Below, piece after piece: positions 1-7,218 of a stretch of 10,928 nucleotides of DNA. Made by a program: the position numbers and the translations under genes. Origin of the DNA: Octopus sinensis (Eukaryota); the NCBI RefSeq assembly GCF_006345805.1, contig NW_021827197.1, positions 1-10,928 on the forward strand, written 5' to 3'. Below the pieces are notes generated by a model. The model worked only from the letters and a program-made list of their open reading frames with translations. It ran no database searches and had not been told where the DNA came from. The number at the start of each line of letters is the position of its first letter. Position 1 is the stretch's first letter.

Positions 1-3
1 CAC

Positions 4-142
4 TCAGTTTCCGTCTACCAAATCCACTCACACGGCTTTGGTGGCCCGGGGCTATAGTATAAGACACTTGCTCAGGTGCCACCACGCAGTGGGACTGAAC
101 CCGGCACCAAGTGGTTCGTTAGCAAGCTACTTACCACACAGC
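4..142 (-). mobile_element. tRNA-derived SINE, family A, 5' part (cut by or near the window edge)
   Basis: Minus strand reads GCTGTGTGGTAAG (A-box-like), GGTTCAGTCCC (B-box-like), then GCAAGTGTCTT..CTATAGCC..GGTAGACGGAAACTGA. The same body recurs at 2336-2482 (+) and 2835-2925 (-). Confidence 0.85.
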
Positions 143-390
143 TTGGGACTATTTACGCGTTTAAATTGTAGTCTTAAGTACCAACTCTGTTTTTAACGAG
201 TTTTATGTGAAAAGTGATATGAAAAGCTTCGTAATATTTGCAGCTTTACAAATTGCAGTCACACTTCGTCAGACTTGCATCAAAGGTGTGCTTTTACATT
301 GTGCACATTGTATATATGCGCTTAAGTATAAACATAGTCAAATACATTTAAAAAAACCCTCCCACACACGTACGTACGTACATGCGTGCG

Positions 391-488
391 TACCTACCTA
401 CCTACCAACTTACCTACCTACTTACCTAGCTATCTACCTACCTACCTACCTACCTATCTACCTAACCACCTACCTACCCACATACCTA
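391..488. repeat. (TACC)n microsatellite, left part
   Basis: Imperfect TACC tandem repeat read directly. Confidence 0.95.
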
Positions 489-713
489 TTTATTTATTAC
501 CCACAAGGGGCTAAACACAGAGGAGACAAACAAGGACAGACAAACGGATTAAATCGATTACATCGACCCCAGTGCGTAATTGGTACTTAATTTATCGACC
601 CCGAAAGGATGAAAGGCAAAGTCGACCTTGGCGGATTTGAACTCCGAACGTAACGGCAGACGAAATACGGCTACGCATTTCGCCCGGCGTGCTAACGTTT
701 CTGCCAGCTCGCC
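489..713 (-). mobile_element. tRNA-derived SINE, family B, full length, with candidate 14-bp TSD
   Basis: Minus strand starts GGCGAGCTGGCAGAAACGTTAGC, has B-box-like GAGTTCAAATCC, central GTCGACTTTGCCTTTCATCCTTTCGGGGTCGATAAATTAAGTACC (resembles the Nin/Deu-type SINE core, from memory) and an (AATA)n tail. TACCCACATACCTA flanks it at 475-488 and 714-727. Confidence 0.9.
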
Positions 714-838
714 TACCCACATACCTACCTACCTACCTACCTACCTACCTACCTACCTACCTACCTACCTACCTACCCACATACCTACCTACCAACCTAC
801 CTACCTACCTACCCACATACCTACCTACCTACCTACCT
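714..838. repeat. (TACC)n microsatellite, right part
   Basis: TACC tandem repeat with a recurring ACCCACAT variant. Confidence 0.95.
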
Positions 839-840
839 AG

Positions 841-1034
841 TGAATCTTTTTTCATCCTGCTTCTCCAAGATGTATTTTCAAAACATGTGTAGAAGAATTA
901 ACTTATGTATTGAAAATTAAGGACGACACTTTTAACACTTATAAAGTTTTTTGAAGTTTTGTAAAGTCTATTCTATTCTTTTGTAGTCTTATACCATCTT
1001 ATAAATATTTATTTTGCAATAAAATACTTACTAC
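841..1034 (+). repeat. ~190-bp direct repeat, copy 1
   Basis: Aligns by eye with 1651-1842 (about 85% identity by manual count); 977-1025 is identical to 1785-1833. Confidence 0.92.
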
Positions 1035-1570
1035 AGCCTTCAACAAGTGTAGACGGCTTCCTATCCCTTTCTTAAGCCGTTGTTCTCACGCTTTCAGAAT
1101 AATTATTCCTTCGTTCGGCTTAACAGCCCTTACCGTTTCTATTACTGTTATTCTACTTGTCCTGTCTTTTACTGTTTTTATTTGTATTTTTACTGTCCTG
1201 TATTATTTTTACTCTCCTGTTTTTGTTACCACTTTTACCCCTCCGCAAAAAATCTCAAATCTTATCGAATTTGCTTTGTGGGAAGAGCCGTTTCACCGAA
1301 GTCGTGTCTCGCCGTTACCTTCGAAACACGGAGTAGACGAAGCGGAGGCGGCTGAAGAAGGGGAATTTTGCTTGTGTTGTATGTCTTGTACCTTGTTTTT
1401 TTCGTGTTTAAAAAAATGTCCGTGTCCATGGTTCTGTTTTTACATTTTCGTTTCTCATTGTGTTCGACGTTTTTTGGTGTCCTGTACCCATATATGCATG
1501 TATATATACATATAGATCTAGGTACGTACATATATGTATATATGCATATGGTTTATTTATTATTTTGTAA
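1035..1570 (+). mobile_element. Probable decayed Penelope-like retroelement 3' end
   Basis: Frameshifted traces SLQ..SRF..LRS..GLNSP (1035-1135) resemble the GLN-ending C-terminus of Penelope GIY-YIG domains. They are followed by a T-rich tract, hammerhead-core words (GAAAC 1323, CTGAAGA 1352) and a TA-rich end. Heavily degraded. Confidence 0.4.
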
Positions 1571-1650
1571 TTAAATGATAGAATGCCACGCATCCACCTC
1601 TAAATAAGTTTTATCTTATATATATATATAATATATATGCATATATAAGC

Positions 1651-1842
1651 TGAATCTTTTTTCATCTTGACTCTCCAGCATGTATATCAAAACATGTAAA
1701 GAAGAATGAACTTATGTATTGGAAATGAAGGACGACATTTTGAACCCTTCTTAAGTTTTTTAGGCCTTTTAAAGTCTAATATAGTCTTTTGTAGTCTTAT
1801 ACCATCTTATAAATATTTATTTTGCAATAAAATTCTTACTAC
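1651..1842 (+). repeat. ~190-bp direct repeat, copy 2
   Basis: Aligns with 841-1034; bounded by (TA)n on both sides. Confidence 0.92.
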
Positions 1843-1844
1843 GC

Positions 1845-2080
1845 ATATATATATATATATATATATATATACGTTTTTTTTTCTATATATATTCATAATC
1901 AGTGAAAGAGGGACAGAAAGACAGAGACAGAGTGAGTGAGCGAGAGATAGATATATTAATAGACAGAATAGATAGATATAGATAGGCAGAGAGAGAGAGA
2001 GAGAGAGAGTGAAGAAAAGAAAGAGAAAGTGAAAGAGAGAAAGTTGTGAGAAAAAAAAACGAGGGTGAGAGGGAGAGAGC
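1845..2080. repeat. (TA)n followed by GA-rich/(GA)n low-complexity tract
   Basis: Read directly. Confidence 0.9.
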
Positions 2081-2335
2081 AGTAGTGCGGAAACCGAGAT
2101 ATTGATACGCGTAGATATATATTCACAGATATCTATTTACATAATATTTAAAGAACGAGATGTAATACACCCATGACGAAGCGTTACGTTGAAGGTATGT
2201 ACTGGATAGTATAAGATTTGATTACTTAATTCGATAAAGCTGTATGGCAGGAGAAATAGAGGTTAGAGTGAGAACGTCTGTCTTCGTTTTGTGGGTATTG
2301 GTAGGTCATTTCCTAATTTGTTTTGTTTTTGTTTA

Positions 2336-2482
2336 GTTATGTGTGGTTCAGAAGCTTGCTTAATAATCCCGTGGTCTTGCGTTCAGCCATACTGAGCAGC
2401 AAGTGTCTTCTGTTATAGCTTCGGGACAACGAAACCCTTGGAGTGGACTTGATAGACGGAAACTGAAAGAAACCCGCCGTAT
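2336..2482 (+). mobile_element. SINE family A, diverged 5' part
   Basis: TGTGTGGT..AAGCTTGCT..GTTCAG..GCAAGTGTCTTCT..TATAGC..TAGACGGAAACTGAAAGAAACCCGCCGTAT matches the reverse complement of 4-142 and 2835-2925. Confidence 0.8.
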
Positions 2483-2484
2483 GC

Positions 2485-2489
<5 letters not shown>

Positions 2490-2526
<37 letters not shown>
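2490..2526. repeat. (TA)n microsatellite
   Basis: Read directly. Confidence 0.95.
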
Positions 2527-2528
<2 letters not shown>

Positions 2529-2739
2529 TCTTTTACTCTTTTACTTGTTTCAGTCATGTGACAGCGGCCATGCTGGAGCACCGCCTTTAGTCGAGCAAAT
2601 CGACCCCCAGGACTTATTCTTTGTAAGCCGAGTACTTATTCTATCGGTCTCTTTTGTCGAACCGCTAAGTTATGGGGACGTAAACACACCAGCATCAGTT
2701 GTCAAGCGATGTTGGGAGGACAAACACAGACACCACACA

Positions 2740-2802
<63 letters not shown>

Positions 2803-2925
2803 ACACAGACACACACACAAACATGTGTATACATATATACGAAGGGCTTCTTTCAGTTTCCGTCTACCAAACCCATTCACAAGGCTTTGGTCGGCCCGAG
2901 GCTATAGTAGAAGACACTTGCCCAA
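2526..2925 (-). mobile_element. SINE family A, body and 3' tail, tRNA head missing; internal (CA)n at about 2724-2820
   Basis: 2835-2925 matches 4-73. The tail is tandem TACTCTTT units on + (AAAGAGTA on -). The match ends at GACACTTGCCCAA, where a family B copy begins. Confidence 0.88.
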
Positions 2926-3146
2926 AGGGCGGCGAGCTGGCAGAATCGTTAGCACCCCGGACAAAATGCTTCATGGCATTTCGTCCGTCATTACGACCTG
3001 AGTTTAAATTCCGCCGAGGTCGACTTTCTCTTTCATCCTTTCGGGGTCGATAAATTAAATACCAGTTGCGTACTGGGGTCGATCTTATCGACTGGCCCCC
3101 CCATTGCCCCAAATTTTGGGCCTTGTGCCTAGAGTAGAAAGAAAAG
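2926..3146 (+). mobile_element. SINE family B, cluster copy 1
   Basis: GGCGGCGAGCTGGCAGAATCGTTAGC...GAGTTTAAATTCC...TTTCATCCTTTCGGGGTCGATAAATT...ACTGGGGTCGAT; homologous to the reverse complement of 489-713 but with a different 3' end (GGCCTTGTGCC..). Confidence 0.9.
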
Positions 3147-3163
3147 AATATTTAGTCATATCT

Positions 3164-3380
3164 AGGGCGGCGAACTGGCAGAATCGTTAACACTCCGGAC
3201 AAAATGCCTTCCCGGTATTTCGTCCGTCGTTATGTTCTGAGTTCAAATTTCGCAGAGGTTTACTTTGCCTTTCATCATTTCGTAGTGGATAAAATAAGTA
3301 CTAGTCCAGCACTGGGGTAAATGTAATCGACTTACCCTCTTCTCCGAAATAGGTGACCTTGTGCAAAATTTGAAAGCAAT
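3164..3380 (+). mobile_element. SINE family B, cluster copy 2
   Basis: GGGCGGCGAACTGGCAGAATCGTTAAC...GAGTTCAAATTTC...TTTGCCTTTCATC...CACTGGGG...CCTTGTGC. Confidence 0.88.
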
Positions 3381-3387
3381 CAGATGT

Positions 3388-3600
3388 AGGGCATTGAGCT
3401 GGTAGAATCGTTAGCGCACTGGGCAAAAATGCCTAGCTGCTTTTCGTCCGTCTTTGCGTTCTGAGTTCAAATTCCCACGAATTTGACTTTGCCTTTCAAC
3501 TTTTCGAGGCCGATAAAATCAGAACCTGTCGAGCACTGGGGTCGATGTAACCGACTTAGTCCCTTCTCTGAAATTGCTGGTCTTGTGCCGAAATCAATAT
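3388..3600 (+). mobile_element. SINE family B, cluster copy 3
   Basis: GAGCTGGTAGAATCGTTAGC...GAGTTCAAATTCC...GACTTTGCCTTTCA...CACTGGGGTCGATGTAA...CTTGTGCC. Confidence 0.88.
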
Positions 3601-3611
3601 TTAGTCACATT

Positions 3612-3693
3612 CCTTTACGTTTCAGATTTCAAATATCGCCTGCATTGATTTTGCTTTTCATTCCTGTTTGGATTCGATAAAAATGAATACTAG
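3612..3693 (+). mobile_element. SINE family B, diverged internal fragment
   Basis: CTTTACGTTTCAGATTTCAAAT..GATTTTGCTTTTCATTCC..TCGATAAAAATGAATACTAG aligns with the middle of the family B copies. Confidence 0.65.
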
Positions 3694-3758
3694 CAATCTT
3701 TAAAACATTCGTGGCTGTGAAAAAGATAGAAATCAATACAGAAATATCGAAATATCGA

Positions 3759-3953
3759 TTAACTGTGGCCTTGAATTTATTAAGTTAATAATATGTAAGC
3801 GGCCTTGGAGATATTTAGTTAACATCTAAAGCAGCCCTGAATCTATTAATTTAACATCTAAGCGGCCTTGAAGCTATTAAATTAACATCTAAGCGGCCTT
3901 GAAGCCATTAAGTTGACTTATAAGCGGCCTTAACATTATTGAGTAACATCTAA
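3759..3953. repeat. ~31-bp minisatellite, about 6 degenerate units
   Basis: Consensus approximately TTAACATCTAAGCGGCCTTGAAGCTATTAAN in direct tandem, with no unique spacers. Confidence 0.88.
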
Positions 3954-3987
3954 TCGATGCATGAAAATTTGATTTTATTAGCTGCGA

Positions 3988-4213
3988 AAGGACTGATTTG
4001 TTAGAATGTTGGATGAAATACTTTTGCCGTGTTTATTCCGACTCACTGCGTTTTGAGTTCAAGCCTAGGTGTTGTCAAGTTTGTCTTTTATCTTTTTGTG
4101 GTCGACGAATAAAGTACTATTTTTGCGTGGTGGACTGATAGAATAGTTAGCGTGGCCGAATGAGATCCTTTCAGTATTTGTTACGGCTTTCTGAGTTCAA
4201 ATCCTGTCGTGGC
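3988..4213 (+). mobile_element. Two further old SINE family B fragments (about 3988-4119 and 4126-4213)
   Basis: Each has TGAGTTCAA. The first also has TTTGTCTTTTATCTTTTTGTGGTCGACGAATAAAGTAC; the second starts GGACTGATAGAATAGTTAGC. Confidence 0.6.
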
Positions 4214-4291
4214 CTATACGGGGCGTCGATTTAATATTGCTGTCAGATTTAAAACCATCACCTACTTTTTGGGTTCCTTTAGTGGAAGAGT

Positions 4292-4774
4292 TCTATCTAT
4301 CTATCCGCTCAGTCGAAGTCGACTCTCGGTCACTCATTGGATCAGTGTCCTCCAGTCAGTTCTATTCTGGGCCGCTTCTTTCAGATTGGCTATGTCCATT
4401 CCGGTATTCCCCTTGATGGTGTCAAGCCAGCGGGTTCTTGGTCGGCCTCTTCCTCTCTGACCATTCCAAGCATGATGTCCTTCTCCAGGGATTTTCTCCG
4501 CATAAAATGACCGAAATATGCCAATCTATGCTTGGTGATCCTAGCTTCTTGCGACAGTTTCGACCTGATTTGCTTAAGAACTTCTCCATTGGTGAGCCTC
4601 GCTGTCTATGGAATCCGTAAAAGTCTTCTCCAACACCAAAGCTCGAATGCATTAATTCTCTTCTGGTCAGCTTTCTTTAGTGTCCAGGTCTCGCATCCAT
4701 ATGTTGCTATTGGGAAGACAATTGCATTCACCAATCTGCATTTGGTAGCGAGTCTGATGTCTCTACCTTTCCAG
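4292..4774 (-). mobile_element. RTE-clade (BovB-like) LINE, 5'-truncated 3' end, pseudogenised
   Basis: Manual minus-strand translation: WKGRDIRLATKCRLVNAIVFPIATYGCETWTLKKADQKRINAFELWCWRRLLRIP*TARLTNGEVLKQ...RLAYFGHFMRRKSLEKDIMLGMV / RGRGRPRTRWLDTIK...NRTDWRTLIQ*VTESRLRLSG*, then a (GATA)n tail. YGCETW, AFELWCWRRLLR, YFGH and RGRPR..W are hallmark RTE/BovB C-terminal motifs. Two internal stops and one frameshift. Confidence 0.95.
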
Positions 4775-4904
4775 TTCACTCTGGATATTCAACCCAGATC
4801 TCCGATTTGAGGATATCTTCCTATTTTTTATATCCACCCTCCCTATTTTTGTGGACCTTGAGAAACATCATAAGTCCTGCTCAAGATCCCGTTCCTCCTT
4901 CTGC

Positions 4905-5037
4905 TGAAACCATAACACAGATGGGAGACCGTCATGTAACAATCCAGGGAATTACTCATGAACTAGGAATAAGCACAGAATCAATGCATTCCATTTTAAA
5001 GGAGAATTTTTGCATGTGGAGAGTGTCGGCGACATTT
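4905..5037 (+). pseudogene. mariner-type transposase fragment (second helix-turn-helix region)
   Basis: DRHVTIQGITHELGISTESMHSILKENFCMWRVSA resembles the mariner pattern DRRxTxxxIAxxLGISxxSVHxILxxxLxMxKVSARWVP; no catalytic domain follows. Confidence 0.75.
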
Positions 5038-5104
5038 TGAGCGCACCTCATAATCCAAACCCCTCGTTCGACAGGCTTCATACTCTCCGACTTGGCTCCG
5101 TGAA

Positions 5105-5638
5105 ATAATCGATAAAACCCCCGAAAGTCAATCAGAGCCACTGCAAAGGACCTCAAGGTTTCAGAACGTATCATCAGATGTGTTGTGCATGAGGACGTCC
5201 ACTATAAGACATATGTGATCCGGAGGGGCCAGTTTATGTCGGGACAAGTGAGAATCGCTCGATCCGTGCAAAGCGCTTGCTGAACGAGTTAAAACACCAA
5301 GAGGTTAGAATGCTTTGGTTTTTCTCCGATTATAAAAACTTTGATTAGGACTAAAGAACGACAAATGGTTATGCAAAGACCTGAATGAGGTTCCAACAGA
5401 CATGCATACCAAGTTCCCGGCGACTGTAATGCTTCTGAGAGTCGTCAGCAACGAAGGATAAGTCATGCCTCCTCACTGATTTTCACAGGCTTTAGAATCA
5501 ATGCCGCTGTCTGCACATAAGTACTGGAGAGAGTTGTGAAACCCTGGATAGACAGAGAACGCAAAGGAAGACTATACGTCTTCCAAAAAACAAGACTCTG
5601 CGCCGTCTCGTAAGGCTAGGGCCACCCAAAAGTAGATG
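5105..5638 (+). pseudogene. Tc1/mariner superfamily transposase relic, probably DD37D (maT) type
   Basis: Manual translation across frameshifts: KSIRATAKDLKVSERIIRCVVHEDVHYKTYVIRRGQFMS / ENRSIRAKRLLNELKHQEVRMLWFFSDYKNFD* / NDKWLCKDLNEVPTDMHTKFPATVMLLRVVSNEG*VMPPH / VLERVVKPWIDRERKGRLYVFQ / QDSAPSRKARATQK*. The first (FSD) and second (QDSAP) catalytic Asp motifs are visible; the third is absent, so the subfamily is inferred from flanking motifs. Confidence 0.9.
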
Positions 5639-5706
5639 CGTGTCTGTCCGCCTTTGTATCGTCTATCTATCGGAATGTTTTATTGTCCTCTCTTGCGTTT
5701 TTGTTC

Positions 5707-5710
<4 letters not shown>

Positions 5711-5742
<32 letters not shown>
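5711..5742. repeat. (TA)n microsatellite
   Basis: Read directly. Confidence 0.95.
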
Positions 5743-5745
<3 letters not shown>

Positions 5746-5888
5746 AAATAAGAAAATGGAGGAATAGATTTCTTTCAATCATCAACTACCAGATAATACC
5801 AATTCATATAATTATTAACTAATTATTTAGTAACTATTCATTAGTTGATGATTGAAAGAATCTATTCCTCCATTTTCTTATTTTGTAT
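5741..5888. repeat. Near-perfect 47-bp inverted repeat with 53-nt loop
   Basis: 5741-5788 is the reverse complement of 5842-5888 except for one extra T. Confidence 0.95.
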
Positions 5889-6043
5889 TATGAATTTGAG
5901 GTAAAGCATGTTACCTTCGCCCATATAATACAATAAATGAATTAATTGCATTGCAATTCTTAGCATTTATGTATTAGCCTTTCTGGGTACTTTACTGGCT
6001 GTATATTGGATAAATGTTATCCCATAGTGGGTTACACTCATAA

Positions 6044-6052
6044 CCCCCCCCC

Positions 6053-6083
<31 letters not shown>

Positions 6084-6110
6084 ATATATATATATATATA
6101 ATATATATAT
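6044..6110. repeat. poly-C/(CT)n/(TA)n compound microsatellite
   Basis: Read directly. Confidence 0.95.
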
Positions 6111-6258
6111 GTAGGTGTGGTATATTCCGTTAGAAACTCGGCAAAGTATAGTTTAAAGCTCGTCCACACTCAGAGCTCAGAGTTACCCAATTACTATCTT
6201 TTAGCATTATCATATACTGCCAGGTTTATGTTTGGGTATTCGTCGTGTGTGAATAGAA

Positions 6259-6549
6259 AATTGAAGAAATTGGCGTCAACAAGGAGTACACTTGGACAGT
6301 TATTTTTTAATCACTACAATTGTTTTTTCACACAACCTGGTTCTCCGAAAATGCAGGTATTTGAGTATACAACTGTTTGTTTGCATAATGAGATCCAGTT
6401 GTGTTTCCTCAGATGATATTCAAGTGTTGTCTCCGTTAGTTTAAAATCTTCGTCACTTTCGGAGAATCACGTTGTATGGGAACAACAGTAATGATTGAAA
6501 AATAACTGTCCAACTGTATTCCTTCTTGTTGACTGCAATTTCTTCAATT
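6259..6549. repeat. Imperfect ~95-bp inverted repeat (foldback) with ~100-nt spacer
   Basis: AATTGAAGAAATTGGCGTCAACAAGGAGTACACTTGGACAGTTATTTTTTAATCA...TTCTCCGAAA (6259-6353) pairs with TTTCGGAGAA...TGATTGAAAAATAACTGTCCAACTGTATTCCTTCTTGTTGACTGCAATTTCTTCAATT (6454-6549). Confidence 0.9.
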
Positions 6550-6558
6550 ATATGCATG

Positions 6559-6562
<4 letters not shown>

Positions 6563-6592
<30 letters not shown>

Positions 6593-6626
6593 TGTATGTA
6601 TGTATGTATGTATGTATGTATGTATG
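6563..6626. repeat. (TATG)n microsatellite
   Basis: Read directly. Confidence 0.95.
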
Positions 6627-7016
6627 GGAAGGGCCTTCCTGTGATGCTGACATGCAGTGTCTGTGCAAGACCCTGCCTCAGTAAAGCTGGACTCATGAGT
6701 CGTCTTCGTAGTAATAAAACGAGACAGATGAGTGACAACCTGGCCACTGGTGGTGGTGTTACACGCCATACTAATCATATCTGTCGGGCATGTGGAAGAG
6801 AGTGTAATTCGGCAGGAGGACTTAAACAACATGCAAAGGTACATGAAGCCCAGTTACAACTACAGCTGGCTATTACCGGTAAAGGTATTAGTTGCCAATT
6901 CTGTACAAGAGATTGTAGATCTTTAGCTGGGCTAAAAAGTCACATTCGATCACAGCACCAGTGATAGTTAAGCTTCGTGCAATGGCCATATCTGATAACG
7001 AGGGGGCAGCCATAAA
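6627..7016 (+). mobile_element. Probable RTE-type LINE 3' end with three C2H2-like zinc fingers and short 3' UTR
   Basis: CSVCARPCLSKAGLMSRLRSN, CRACGRECNSAGGLKQHAKVH and CQFCTRDCRSLAGLKSHIRSQH follow the CxxCxRxCxSxxGLxSHxR pattern of RTE C-terminal fingers. Stop at 6962-6964. No TGEKP linkers; flanked by TATG repeats. Confidence 0.7.
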
Positions 7017-7027
7017 GTATGTATGTA

Positions 7028-7192
7028 TAAGCGTGCTGATCGAAAGCGCACTGCTAGCATAGTGAATGGGGAAAGCTTGGTTTGCAATGATTGCAGTCGT
7101 GTATGCTTGTCAAGAGCACGGCTCATTAGCCACCAACATATTAGTCCTAGCACGCACAATGCTCTTAAAGGTCAGCAATGGATGGCCATCAT
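7028..7192 (+). mobile_element. Second RTE-type LINE 3' end with one C2H2-like zinc finger
   Basis: KRADRKRTASIVNGESLVCNDCSRVCLSRARLISHQHI: basic KRxxRK stretch then CxxCxRxCxSRxxLISHQ; flanked by TATG units. Confidence 0.7.
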
Positions 7193-7218
7193 ACATCATG
7201 TATGTATGTACGTATGAG

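Noticed and set aside
841-1842. LTR/TRIM element (direct repeats starting TG)
   Set aside because: No primer-binding site, polypurine tract or TSD on either strand; the 3' ends do not share a clean CA terminus.
3759-3953. CRISPR array
   Set aside because: Units are directly tandem with no unique spacers, there are no cas genes, and the context is eukaryotic.
4215-4290. Possible mariner left TIR (TATACGGGGCGTC...) upstream of the RTE insertion
   Set aside because: No matching inverted copy was found in the window and the similarity is too short to support.
4209-4810. ORFs 4209-4460, 4422-4652, 4438-4620 and 4532-4810 as genes
   Set aside because: They are antisense or off-frame shadows of the RTE relic.
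6572-6964. Host C2H2 zinc-finger gene (130 aa ORF)
   Set aside because: The start lies in a microsatellite, there are no TGEKP linkers or clear acceptor site, and the finger pattern matches RTE C-termini. Not fully excluded without a search.
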